Both the position numbers and the translations under genes were made by a program. 64,000 nt of DNA from Chitinophagales bacterium (GTDB taxonomy: Bacteria; Bacteroidota; Bacteroidia; Chitinophagales; LD1), in the NCBI GenBank assembly GCA_016786765.1, contig JAEUUZ010000017.1, positions 104,077-168,076 of the forward strand. Direction: 5' to 3'. Shown piece by piece: positions 54,263 to 63,147 of the stretch (positions are counted from its first letter, which is position 1; each line of letters begins with the position of its first letter). The notes beneath the pieces were generated by a model. The model made no database searches, was not told the origin of the DNA, and worked only from the letters and a program-made list of their open reading frames with translations.

Positions 54263-55426
54263 ATGTTTGCCAAAAAACACTTTGTTTTTTTACTTTTTTT
54301 AGTGACTATTTTGTGTGTTTTAGTGCTGCCATTATTACTGTGTAATCAGCCAAGTACGCAAAGTTATCATGGTTTTGTTGCAACACATGCGTTTCAAAAA
54401 TTACCTAGAGAAAAACAGATTTTAAAGTGTGCTAGTTGTCACAAAAGTGAATACGAAAACGAAAAAAATGGCCCACATGCTTTCTCCTTTAAAAGTATCA
54501 CAGCTCATAAAGATTTTGTGAATAGCACAAAATACAATTGCGATTTTTACACGCAACATGTGAATAGATCTTTTGAAGACTGTTTGGGTTGCCACACCCC
54601 TCAAAATCTATATCAGACTTTATTGTATGATAGTTTGAATCAGCCAGCCCTTCTCGCACAACGTCTTCTAAAAATAGACCACCCAAGTCCTCCCACTCGT
54701 TCTATTGAACAGGGGCGAGCTACAGGTATTGATTGTATGAGCTGCCATTCTGATGGGCAGCAAATAAAAGCATTAAAACATCTTCCAACATCAGAGGATA
54801 GTATTCCCTCTAAACAAACAGTAAATCAAGTCACTGTAAACAACATGAGCTGTTACCCCTGTCATTTTGATGCAGTTCTTCATTTTAGTCCAGAAATAGC
54901 CATAAAAAAAACGGGTACAGCACAATGTGTCAGTTGCCATATAGAAAATGATAGATCTGGAAAAGGAACTCACTATTTCTATTGGCAACACGATAGGGCA
55001 GAAAAGAAAAACCCAAAACCTTCATTAGTGCTCGATGATTTTCGTTTTTCTTTTTCTGCAAATAAGCATGAAGGGGTTATTACTTGGCAGAACACAATAA
55101 TGCCGCATAAAATCAGTCCTGGACCCGAAATGGTGCTATTTTGTTATGTACTGGATAAAGATTCAGCAGTATTAGGTAGCAAAACAATTCGTATCAATAA
55201 GAAGAAAGAATTTGATAGAGAAATGTACAAAACGTTAGGCCGAAATCAGCTGGGTATAGAGGGAGATGATGTTCCATTGGACGGTACGCCAATCGAATAT
55301 CGATTTCTGCTAAAGCATCCAGAAAAATCTGCAATTTTTAAAATTGCTTTCATGCATAAATCGCAGTATTGGTTTCCAGATTCTTTGGGCCAAGTTATAT
55401 TAATCAAGACATATCCCTGCAATTAA
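54263..55426 (+). CDS. penta-haem c-type cytochrome (signal-anchored)
   Basis: 387 aa with an N-terminal hydrophobic signal/anchor. Five CxxCH motifs: 'CASCH', 'CLGCH', 'CMSCH', 'CYPCH', 'CVSCH'. Confidence 0.75.
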   Translation: MFAKKHFVFLLFLVTILCVLVLPLLLCNQPSTQSYHGFVATHAFQKLPREKQILKCASCHKSEYENEKNGPHAFSFKSITAHKDFVNSTKYNCDFYTQHVNRSFEDCLGCHTPQNLYQTLLYDSLNQPALLAQRLLKIDHPSPPTRSIEQGRATGIDCMSCHSDGQQIKALKHLPTSEDSIPSKQTVNQVTVNNMSCYPCHFDAVLHFSPEIAIKKTGTAQCVSCHIENDRSGKGTHYFYWQHDRAEKKNPKPSLVLDDFRFSFSANKHEGVITWQNTIMPHKISPGPEMVLFCYVLDKDSAVLGSKTIRINKKKEFDREMYKTLGRNQLGIEGDDVPLDGTPIEYRFLLKHPEKSAIFKIAFMHKSQYWFPDSLGQVILIKTYPCN

Positions 55427-57150
55427 TCTGAATGATTATTAGCAAATTCCCATCCTTTCCATTCTAGACTATTATTCATGGTCTCTGGTAATTCTTTTAA
55501 CGGCAATTGTAATCTGTAAATCGCTAACAAATATTGCCGAATGGCTTCCATGCGTTCAGGACTCGAAACAACTACGACTTCATTTTTATGGATTATAATA
55601 TACTCCCAAAAAGAAGGGTATGCATATATGTTGCAACTACATTCAGTTTCTAAATACTGTTTGTAATAGGGTAGGAAAGGAATGATATAGCTATCTGTAA
55701 TATATACTTTTTTGAATGGCGAGAAATCAAAGGTTTGAAATGGCTTGCTGCTTAAAAACAGACTATTGAAACACGAAGAATTGATGAGTAAAATTTTGTT
55801 TGATGCTATTGTTTTTATTTTTTCAAATTGCTGTTTTTGAAATGTAAAATCATTCTTTAGTAGATTAGATTCCATTTTGAGGTGGTACACGTGAACTAGA
55901 ACAAGAATGAAAAGTACAGAAAAGTATAAATAAGTTTTAGGTGAAAATCGAGGTCTCCAGTTTCTTGTCAAAATCAAAAAATGGCAGAGAATAAAAATGC
56001 CGATGTAGGGTAACCAAGATCGTTCATTTACTTTGTCTACATAGGTTTGAGCAACTGTTAAACCCCAGAATGACACTAAAAAAGCAAACAAGTAAAAATT
56101 AGATTTTTTAGAATTACTAAAATCGTGGTGCTTCAATAATGTAACACTGAGAAACAAAGCAATCAGTACTAAATACCAGTATTGCGTGGTTATCCATTTT
56201 AATTCGCCTAATACTCGTTTCCATTGGCGTAAATCAGTGAAAATAATGTTTTCCGGTAGAATAAGTGACCTTAAAAATGCAGGAGTCAGCACTTTCGGGT
56301 CAGAAAGTGTCATCTCTTTTGCAAGGCCGTACCGCACAGAGTCTCGGTGCGTTTTCATCATCCCAAGCGGTATTAGATTTTCGCGAGCAATAAACTGTTC
56401 TTCAATATCTGGCTCTACTTGCTTATAAAATTCATCTGCCTGAGCATTCTTTATATCAACTGTTAGAAATAATGATTGCCCGGCTACAACTAAAAACGGG
56501 AAAAGAAAAAGCAACACTGTTTTCTTTATATCTTTTAAATAAAAAAGTGAAAAAGGAATAAGTAGCAGAAAGCAGGCAACGGCAGCTTCATTTCTAATCA
56601 GCGTTCCAATAGTAAAAAACAAATTGAGTGGCACAAAAAAATGCCATTTTCGCTTTGCTACCCCATCTTCTGAGAAAAGAACAACTAAACTTATCAGGGC
56701 CGCTCCACAAACCATATAGGCTACACGTGTATATATCAAATGAATATTGTGATCTGCATACACGAGGATGTAAACAGTTAACATCAATGCTGCTTTCGCC
56801 TGAGCTGAAATACTTTTCGGCAAGTTAACTTGTAACACAAACATGGATAGACAAGTTGCAATGAACATCCATAAATACTCGAACCACGAAATCCATTGTA
56901 TCCCTGGATAGTGCTGATAAAAAAAAGAGTAAAAATAGGAGATGCACAAATTTCCCGAAAAATAAACTGACCGAAACGCCATCCCAGGAGTTAGGCTCCC
57001 ACTAAGAAGGGCTGTATTTAATCCTTCATACTCTGAATAGTAAAAGCCAAAAAAAAAGTAAGTTGCAGTCATTAACATTGGCACCAATAATGCAAAGAGT
57101 AGTTGGGGGTATAGTTGCTTAAGTGAGTTGTTTAATTTACAAATACGCAT
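55423..57150 (-). CDS. polytopic membrane protein (GT-C-like or polymerase/ligase-like candidate)
   Basis: 575 aa with about 12 TM helices and a soluble C-terminal domain of about 170 aa. No firm motif. Its stop overlaps the convergent cytochrome gene stop (TTAA at 55423-55426). Confidence 0.35.
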   Translation of the reverse strand: MRICKLNNSLKQLYPQLLFALLVPMLMTATYFFFGFYYSEYEGLNTALLSGSLTPGMAFRSVYFSGNLCISYFYSFFYQHYPGIQWISWFEYLWMFIATCLSMFVLQVNLPKSISAQAKAALMLTVYILVYADHNIHLIYTRVAYMVCGAALISLVVLFSEDGVAKRKWHFFVPLNLFFTIGTLIRNEAAVACFLLLIPFSLFYLKDIKKTVLLFLFPFLVVAGQSLFLTVDIKNAQADEFYKQVEPDIEEQFIARENLIPLGMMKTHRDSVRYGLAKEMTLSDPKVLTPAFLRSLILPENIIFTDLRQWKRVLGELKWITTQYWYLVLIALFLSVTLLKHHDFSNSKKSNFYLFAFLVSFWGLTVAQTYVDKVNERSWLPYIGIFILCHFLILTRNWRPRFSPKTYLYFSVLFILVLVHVYHLKMESNLLKNDFTFQKQQFEKIKTIASNKILLINSSCFNSLFLSSKPFQTFDFSPFKKVYITDSYIIPFLPYYKQYLETECSCNIYAYPSFWEYIIIHKNEVVVVSSPERMEAIRQYLLAIYRLQLPLKELPETMNNSLEWKGWEFANNHSD

Positions 57151-57219
57151 CTAATCTATGGTTTACAAGCAACTATGATGTTCAGAAATTTAGTTTCAAA
57201 AATTAATAATAACAGTTTA

Positions 57220-58014
57220 TTACAAGAAAAATACACTTCTTTGAAGTGGTAAATATAACTGCCAACCCAATGTAAGTAATTCGCAAAAATAGTTCATAAA
57301 GATGGGTGGCATTTTGCTGAAAATTGGGAATCGTTTTTCAAGATAATTAAAGGATTGAACACCTAAAAGCCTTCTACAAACTTCTCGTTTCTCTAAACCC
57401 ATAAAATTTGGGATAATATCTACAACTAACACATACCTTTTACTATTTGTATGATTCCAAGCAGAATGTAAATAAGCCTCGGTAAAAAGAGTAAATTCAC
57501 CTTCCTTCCATTCTCTCTCTTCTTCACCTACCTTTATTCCGCAATTAGGTAGTGAATTCGGTATAATTAAACCTAAATGCGCCCTTACAATTCCATTGGT
57601 ATCGCCATAATGTGGTTTAATAATGGTGTTAGGCGATAAAACACTGATTACAGCAAAGCTACAATTAGGAACTTTGTCAATTAAACTGGTAATTACGGGG
57701 AATTTTTTTCTGTTTTTATGATGTCTAATCATAAAGTTTTCGAGAAAAATATTACTCCAATTTTCCCCTTCAAATTGAGGCGCTACATATGGATTTGAAT
57801 CGAGCCCTTTAATCGCGCCATTGTTTTTTTCAAAAGTAAGTATTTCATCGCGTATAGCTTTCCAATTTTGTTTCAGTATATCTAATTCTGGAAACCATTC
57901 GGGTTCATAAAAGTGGGGAAGTGATCCGGAGTAACGCTCTGTTCGTTTAAATACTACTAATTCCTCTTTCTGAGGCAAAGGTCTATTTTCCTTTTTTTTT
58001 GATTCGACACACAT
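57220..58014 (-). CDS. aspartyl/asparaginyl beta-hydroxylase-family (AspH/LpxO-like) Fe(II)/2OG oxygenase
   Basis: The track start at 58053 is TTG. The ATG at 58014 aligns with the paralogue N-terminus. 'KPHYGDTNGIVRAHLGLIIP' and 'FTEAYLHSAWN' align with human AspH 'HTGPTNCRLRMHLGLVIP ... FDDSFEHEVW'. It has a hydrophobic C-terminal helix. Confidence 0.8.
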   Translation of the reverse strand: MCVESKKKENRPLPQKEELVVFKRTERYSGSLPHFYEPEWFPELDILKQNWKAIRDEILTFEKNNGAIKGLDSNPYVAPQFEGENWSNIFLENFMIRHHKNRKKFPVITSLIDKVPNCSFAVISVLSPNTIIKPHYGDTNGIVRAHLGLIIPNSLPNCGIKVGEEEREWKEGEFTLFTEAYLHSAWNHTNSKRYVLVVDIIPNFMGLEKREVCRRLLGVQSFNYLEKRFPIFSKMPPIFMNYFCELLTLGWQLYLPLQRSVFFL

Positions 58015-58098
58015 TATAAAAAATAATAAACTTATATTAGTACGCTTATGCAAGATAAAAATTATTGAACCGATTACAACAAATGCTAATTTGTAAAT

Positions 58099-59619
58099 AT
58101 GAAAATAGTACTTGTTAAACCACCTCGTTTTGAAAATTCAGGAACAATTGGTCAGCCCCCAACTCCTCCTCTTGGGTTGGCATATATAGCCGGTGCATTA
58201 GAAGTTGATGGTCACGATTTAACAGTAATTGATGCTGTTGCATTAGCTCCGAGGAAGTACATTCCCTTCAAACCCTTCGGAGAATTCATTGAAGGTCACG
58301 AAACGCTTGTAACACGGGGAATTAGTTTTGAAGAAGCCATCGCTCGAATTCCAAGCGATACGCAATTATTAGGCGTTCATTGCATGTTTTCAATGAATTG
58401 GATAGCTGATCGATATTTTCTTCATCTTATTAGGAAGAAAATGCCGGGTATTGTGATCGTTGCAGGCGGAGAACATGTATCTGGGAGTCCGGATATCTGT
58501 TTGCTATCAAGTGACTTAGATGTTATAGTAACAGGCGAAGGAGAAGAAACTATAGTTGAATTAGTTAAAGCAGTTGAAAAGAACACAGCTTTAGACGAAA
58601 TAAGTGGAATTGTTTTTAAGAAAGATGGGAAAATAGTAACTACATCGCCACGTAAAAGAAAAAGAAATCTTGAGGAGATTCCTCGACCGGCTTGGCATCT
58701 TTTTTCAGTTGATACCTACAACGAAAATAGTCTTTCTTGGAGCGCCACTTCTCACAAGTCAATTCCAATATTAGCAACACGAGGGTGTCCTTATACTTGT
58801 ACATTTTGTAGCAGTCCGTCCATGTGGGGTACTCGTTACTTTATGCGTTCACCAGAAGATGTGCTAGATGAAATGCAACAACTTAAAAGCCGTTATAAAA
58901 TAGAAAACTTCGACTTTTACGACTTAACTGCAATAATCAGCAGAGATTGGATTATTCGTTTTTGCAAACTATTGGTAGAGTCAAATATGAACATAACTTG
59001 GCAGTTGCCAGCCGGAACACGAACAGAAGTAATAGATAAAGAAGTGGCTCGTTGGCTCTATCATTCAGGTTGTAAAAATTTAGTGTATGCTCCTGAAAGT
59101 GGATCTCACAAAATGCTAGAGGAAATTCACAAGAAGGTGAATATTTCTAAAATGCTAAAGAGTATTCGAGATGCTAAGTCTGAAAATCTGAATGTAACAC
59201 TGAATATGATTTTGGGACTTCCCAATGAAAGGCATATAGACATTTTCAAAACTCTTTGGTTTTATATAAAAGCAAGTGGAATAGGTGTAGATTCAATAGC
59301 GCAATCAAATTTTCACCCTTATTCAGGAAGTGAGTTGTTTAATCAACTTACAAAAGACGGCAAAATAAATCCAAATCTAGATGAACATTATCTTGAAATG
59401 GTTTATATCGATACCAATAGTAGAACACCAATTTACAATGATTACGTTAGCCGTAATTGGTATCACTTATATGTTTATTTAACTTATGCTACTTTTTACG
59501 TAAGCAATTTTGTTTTTAGACCGCATCGTATCATTAAATTGATAAAGAATGTTGTAAACTCCACTTATGAGAGTAGGTTTGAAAAACATTTAGGCGAATA
59601 TTTTAGAAAGGTGATATAA
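58099..59619 (+). CDS. B12-binding-domain radical SAM enzyme (class B-like), paralogue A
   Basis: 506 aa with 'MKIVLVKPP', 'PPLGLAYIAGAL', 'CMFSMNW', 'VAGGEH', 'GEGEETIVEL' and core 'ATRGCPYTCTFCSS' (CX3CX2C). Confidence 0.85.
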   Translation: MKIVLVKPPRFENSGTIGQPPTPPLGLAYIAGALEVDGHDLTVIDAVALAPRKYIPFKPFGEFIEGHETLVTRGISFEEAIARIPSDTQLLGVHCMFSMNWIADRYFLHLIRKKMPGIVIVAGGEHVSGSPDICLLSSDLDVIVTGEGEETIVELVKAVEKNTALDEISGIVFKKDGKIVTTSPRKRKRNLEEIPRPAWHLFSVDTYNENSLSWSATSHKSIPILATRGCPYTCTFCSSPSMWGTRYFMRSPEDVLDEMQQLKSRYKIENFDFYDLTAIISRDWIIRFCKLLVESNMNITWQLPAGTRTEVIDKEVARWLYHSGCKNLVYAPESGSHKMLEEIHKKVNISKMLKSIRDAKSENLNVTLNMILGLPNERHIDIFKTLWFYIKASGIGVDSIAQSNFHPYSGSELFNQLTKDGKINPNLDEHYLEMVYIDTNSRTPIYNDYVSRNWYHLYVYLTYATFYVSNFVFRPHRIIKLIKNVVNSTYESRFEKHLGEYFRKVI

Positions 59620-59690
59620 ATACAAGCTGAATACATAAATTGTATGGTGAAAATCGCTTTCTAACCATATTAATTGTATAGTTTCAAAAC

Positions 59691-60446
59691 ATGAAAACGA
59701 AATTTGACACCAATGAGGATTTACTTATTCATATTCGTGAAAGTAAATATGAGGGTAGTCTTCCCTATTTTTACGATCAGAAAGATTTTCCGGAGTTAAG
59801 CTTGATAAAAGATAATTGGCCGTTAATTTTAGAGGAGGTTAGAAACTACGAAAAAAGATGCGGGGATATAACTGGCATGAACACATATACTCCGCCAGAT
59901 TTAAGTAGCGATAATGCATGGAACAACATGTATTTTGATAATTATATGTGGAGATTTCACACTAATCGTAAGCATTTTCCAAAGACTTGTCAATTATTGG
60001 ATCAAATACCCGGATGTACACACTCTGGAATAAGTGTATTATCTCCATATAGTGCCATTGCCGGTCATTATGGAGATACAAATGCAGTAATCCGCTGTCA
60101 TCTTGGGCTTCACATACCTGCCCCTTTTCCTGATTGCGGAATACAAGTGGGTAGTGAAAAACAAGGATGGGCAAATGGAGAACTTACTATTTTTACAGAA
60201 GCTCACTATCATACAACTTGGAATCAAACCCCAGAACGAAGGTACTTGCTTATTTTCGATATCATACACCCGAAATGGAAAGGGCAGGAACACAAAATAT
60301 GCTCAAGGGTGTTGGGTGCGCAGACATATGTGTTTTTTGAAAACAAAATACCTATCCTTAAAAAGCTTCCCGATAGTATTCTTCACCCTTTCCATCGACT
60401 GCTAAGTTTACTATGGTACATTTATTTATATTTGTCAAGAGGGTAA
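59691..60446 (+). CDS. aspartyl/asparaginyl beta-hydroxylase-family (AspH/LpxO-like) Fe(II)/2OG oxygenase
   Basis: 251 aa with 'IAGHYGDTNAVIRCHLGLHIP' and 'FTEAHYHTTWN'. It is a collinear paralogue of 57220-58014. Hydrophobic C-terminal helix 'LLSLLWYIYLYL'. Confidence 0.85.
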   Translation: MKTKFDTNEDLLIHIRESKYEGSLPYFYDQKDFPELSLIKDNWPLILEEVRNYEKRCGDITGMNTYTPPDLSSDNAWNNMYFDNYMWRFHTNRKHFPKTCQLLDQIPGCTHSGISVLSPYSAIAGHYGDTNAVIRCHLGLHIPAPFPDCGIQVGSEKQGWANGELTIFTEAHYHTTWNQTPERRYLLIFDIIHPKWKGQEHKICSRVLGAQTYVFFENKIPILKKLPDSILHPFHRLLSLLWYIYLYLSRG

Positions 60447-60484
60447 CCTATGGTTAAATCGATGTTTAATATAAAAATGAATTT

Positions 60485-61477
60485 ATGAAGCCGAATAACG
60501 TTAAATATTCACATTGGATAGCCTATAATGTTTTATTCTTTAGTGAGCATCTTTTGGGAGAAAAAAAGTATCAAAAGCTATTGGGAGGCCTCGAAAAACG
60601 GCTATATGCTAAAATCGACAAGTATGCTACTGATAACCCTACTGATGATGGCTTTAAAGTTTTTGAATATCAAAAAGGAAGCTATCCTGAACCCCACTGT
60701 CATCCGTATTCCCCTATTATTTTTCGAGGCATAGCAAAAGATTGGCCAAGTCATAACAAATGGAATTTTGATTTTTTTTCTGAAAAATACGGAGACCAAG
60801 ATGTTACGATAATTAACAATAAAGGGGCTGTGCCCGATCCTGAAAATCCACCGCAATCACTTAAATTCAGCGAGTATATTTCAAAACTAAAAGCAGGCAC
60901 AAATAAGTATTTAAAATTTTCCCGCATTGTGGATGAAGATTCCAACTTACGCTCAGACTTCGACTATGACTGGCTTAGAAAATTCAGAACTTCTTTTGCC
61001 AGAGAAGATTTGTTTTACTTTTTCATGGGCGGAAAAAATACACTTACTCCAATACATAATGGATATGCTATTACCGTGTATGTTCAGGTATTAGGAACGA
61101 AAAAATGGGTGTTTTACCCGGCTAATCAAAGACTTTTTTTAGGCGTAAGGCCACGTAGACAAAGCTATTATTACACTGATGCTAATCCTTACAATTTAAA
61201 CGACCCTAAATTCCCTCTTTTAAAACACGCTCAACCTCACGAGATAATTCTCAATGAAGGTGATGTGCTCTATTTTCCTTCTCTCGTTTGGCATCAAGTT
61301 GAAAATATTACAGATACAATTGGGGTTGCCTATAAGTTTGCAGACCCAATACCCGGCTTTGTTTCCTCTAAGATGCTAGCTACTTGTTTCTTTTTATCAA
61401 CCGATCCTTGGTTCATTGAAACACTGATTCCCGGTAAGCCGGATATGTATAACTATGTTAAGAAAAAGAATTCGTAG
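60485..61477 (+). CDS. JmjC/cupin-8-like protein with H-x-G in place of H-x-D/E
   Basis: 330 aa. 'TPIHNGYAITVYVQVLGTKKWVFYPA' aligns with the cupin-8 consensus 'tplHyD...q..G.K.w.l.pP'. 'GDVLYFPSLVWHQVENI' supplies the distal His. Confidence 0.75.
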   Translation: MKPNNVKYSHWIAYNVLFFSEHLLGEKKYQKLLGGLEKRLYAKIDKYATDNPTDDGFKVFEYQKGSYPEPHCHPYSPIIFRGIAKDWPSHNKWNFDFFSEKYGDQDVTIINNKGAVPDPENPPQSLKFSEYISKLKAGTNKYLKFSRIVDEDSNLRSDFDYDWLRKFRTSFAREDLFYFFMGGKNTLTPIHNGYAITVYVQVLGTKKWVFYPANQRLFLGVRPRRQSYYYTDANPYNLNDPKFPLLKHAQPHEIILNEGDVLYFPSLVWHQVENITDTIGVAYKFADPIPGFVSSKMLATCFFLSTDPWFIETLIPGKPDMYNYVKKKNS

Positions 61478-61532
61478 CTCTTGTTTGAGAACCGTTGAAT
61501 TTCTTACAAAACAAGTGTCAAAAAAATTGAAT

Positions 61533-61577
61533 GCAGAAACATGATTCATAATTCCGCTAATTTTCTGCCTTTTTTTG
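61533..61577 (+). terminator. weak hairpin plus T-tract (possible intrinsic terminator or attenuator)
   Basis: GCAGAAA (61533-61539) pairs with TTTCTGC (61562-61568) across a 22-nt loop, followed by 'cttttttt'. The long loop makes it weak. Confidence 0.25.
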
Positions 61578-61602
61578 CAAATTGCATTAACGAATCAACT
61601 AA

Positions 61603-63147
61603 ATGAAAGTTTGTCTTATCCGACCGCCTCAACTGATGAAGGTTTTATCTACTTTGATGAAATCATCACAACCTTTGGGCCTTGCTTATATTGCAGGCTC
61701 GATAAAGGCGGCTGGACATGCGGTAACAGTAATCGATACAATTGCAGAAAGCCCTGAGCAAATTAATGCATTCAATAACGACCTTGTTACTATTGGACTT
61801 TCGATTCAGGAAATTGTAGCACGCATTCCGAAAGATACAGATGTGATTGGGTTTAGTTGTATGTTTTCGATGAACTGGATGAGCGATAGAATGCTTATTG
61901 ATGCTGTGGGCGAAGCTTTTCCTGGGGTTGTTTTAATAGCAGGAGGAGAGCATATTACGGCTACTGCTGAATTTTCTCTTTCCAAATCAAAACACTTGGA
62001 TGTTTGTGTATTAGGTGAGGGAGAGGAAACGATTGTTGAGTTGCTTAAAGCAATAGACGAAAAGCAAAGTCTTCGCGAAGTTGCCGGGATTGTATTTAAA
62101 GAGAATGGAGAGAATGTTACTACAACTCCACGTAAAAGAGTAGCCGCAATTGATGCTATTCCATGGCCCGAATGGAGTTTGTTTCCCATGGATAAATACT
62201 ATGAGCACAGCATGGTTTATGGGGTTGATAGAGGAAAGTCGGTACCCATAATGGCTACAAGAGGTTGTCCGTTTTCTTGTACTTTTTGCTCGAGTCCTGA
62301 TATGTGGGGGACTACATACGCTATGAGAAACATAGAGGATGTAGTAGATGAAATCCAATATATGCAAAGACAATATCAAATTGTCAATTTTGATTTTTTC
62401 GACTTAACTGCAATTGTCGATAAAAAATGGATTATTCGATTCTGCGAAACTATCTTAGAAAGAAACATCAAAATGACTTGGCAGATTCCTGCAGGCACGC
62501 GTTCTGAAGCTATTACTGAACAAGTTACTAAGCTGCTTTATGAATCGGGATGTAGAAATATCACATATGCCCCTGAGTCGGGTTCTCCAGAAATTTTAAG
62601 ACTTATCAAGAAAAGAGTAATACTTCGCAACATGCTCCGTTCAATGCGTTTTGCAAATGCAGAAGGCATGAACATAAAAATAAACATGATTATGGGTTTT
62701 CCGGAAGAGCATCACAAGCACATTTGGGAAACCCTTAAGTTTTTAATTCAAGCGAGTTGGATTGGAGTACACGATATGGCGCCTTCTATATTTCAGCCCT
62801 ATCCAGGAAGTGCACTTTTCAGAAAATTGATTGAAGACAAGAAAATCAATATGGAAAGCGATGAATATTTTTATGAGCTTATCTATGTCGATTCTTTCTT
62901 ATACAATAAATTTTACAACGATCACATACATCCATTTTGGCTAAAGTTTTATCAACTCTTTGCATATCTTGTTTTTTACGGAAGCAATTATCTTTTCCGT
63001 CCTATTCGCTTTTTTGTAACGGTCAAGAATATTTATACCCAACAATATGAGAGCAGGAGCGAGATGGCGTTAGGCGATCTATTTAAGCGATTAAGGTTTA
63101 AGAAAAATCAACAGTCGGTAGTCTTGTCAAATACAACTAAGTTATGA
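61603..63147 (+). CDS. B12-binding-domain radical SAM enzyme (class B-like), paralogue B
   Basis: 514 aa with 'MKVCLIRPP', 'QPLGLAYIAGSI', 'CMFSMNW', 'IAGGEH', 'GEGEETIVEL' and core 'ATRGCPFSCTFCSS'. Confidence 0.85.
   Translation: MKVCLIRPPQLMKVLSTLMKSSQPLGLAYIAGSIKAAGHAVTVIDTIAESPEQINAFNNDLVTIGLSIQEIVARIPKDTDVIGFSCMFSMNWMSDRMLIDAVGEAFPGVVLIAGGEHITATAEFSLSKSKHLDVCVLGEGEETIVELLKAIDEKQSLREVAGIVFKENGENVTTTPRKRVAAIDAIPWPEWSLFPMDKYYEHSMVYGVDRGKSVPIMATRGCPFSCTFCSSPDMWGTTYAMRNIEDVVDEIQYMQRQYQIVNFDFFDLTAIVDKKWIIRFCETILERNIKMTWQIPAGTRSEAITEQVTKLLYESGCRNITYAPESGSPEILRLIKKRVILRNMLRSMRFANAEGMNIKINMIMGFPEEHHKHIWETLKFLIQASWIGVHDMAPSIFQPYPGSALFRKLIEDKKINMESDEYFYELIYVDSFLYNKFYNDHIHPFWLKFYQLFAYLVFYGSNYLFRPIRFFVTVKNIYTQQYESRSEMALGDLFKRLRFKKNQQSVVLSNTTKL

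Noticed and set aside
57992-58000. Homopolymeric tracts as possible phase-variation switches: A/T x9 at 57992-58000 (codons 5-8 of the AspH-like gene), 3202-3210 and 22514-22522
   Set aside because: Runs of 8-9 A/T occur repeatedly in this AT-rich sequence, including mid-gene. There is no evidence of length heterogeneity from a single sequence.
57220-60446. H-x-G ('HYGDTN') in the two AspH-like proteins as a possible halogenase signature
   Set aside because: The AspH family itself uses a two-His site with Gly at this position (human AspH has 'HTGPTN'). The motif is therefore family-typical and not evidence for halogenation. The same argument does not apply to the JmjC-like protein, which is reported as a finding.
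57151-61602. Search for RiPP precursor peptides next to the B12-rSAM/AspH genes (also near 23293-23375)
   Set aside because: The intergenic gaps here are only 38-125 nt, and I found no plausible small ORF with a start codon and leader/core-like sequence. Precursors could still lie beyond position 64000.
61575-61757. 60-aa ORF overlapping the start of B12-rSAM B
   Set aside because: It has a TTG start and lies out of frame over the conserved N-terminus of a clear paralogue family.
61806-62189. 127-aa and 122-aa antisense ORFs in B12-rSAM B, and the similar 106-aa ORF at 63302-63622 in B12-rSAM C
   Set aside because: Their mutual similarity ('ICSPPAI', 'QFIENIQL.PITSVS') only mirrors conservation of the sense-strand paralogues ('AGGEHIT', 'CMFSMNW'). 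They have no independent start or stop context.
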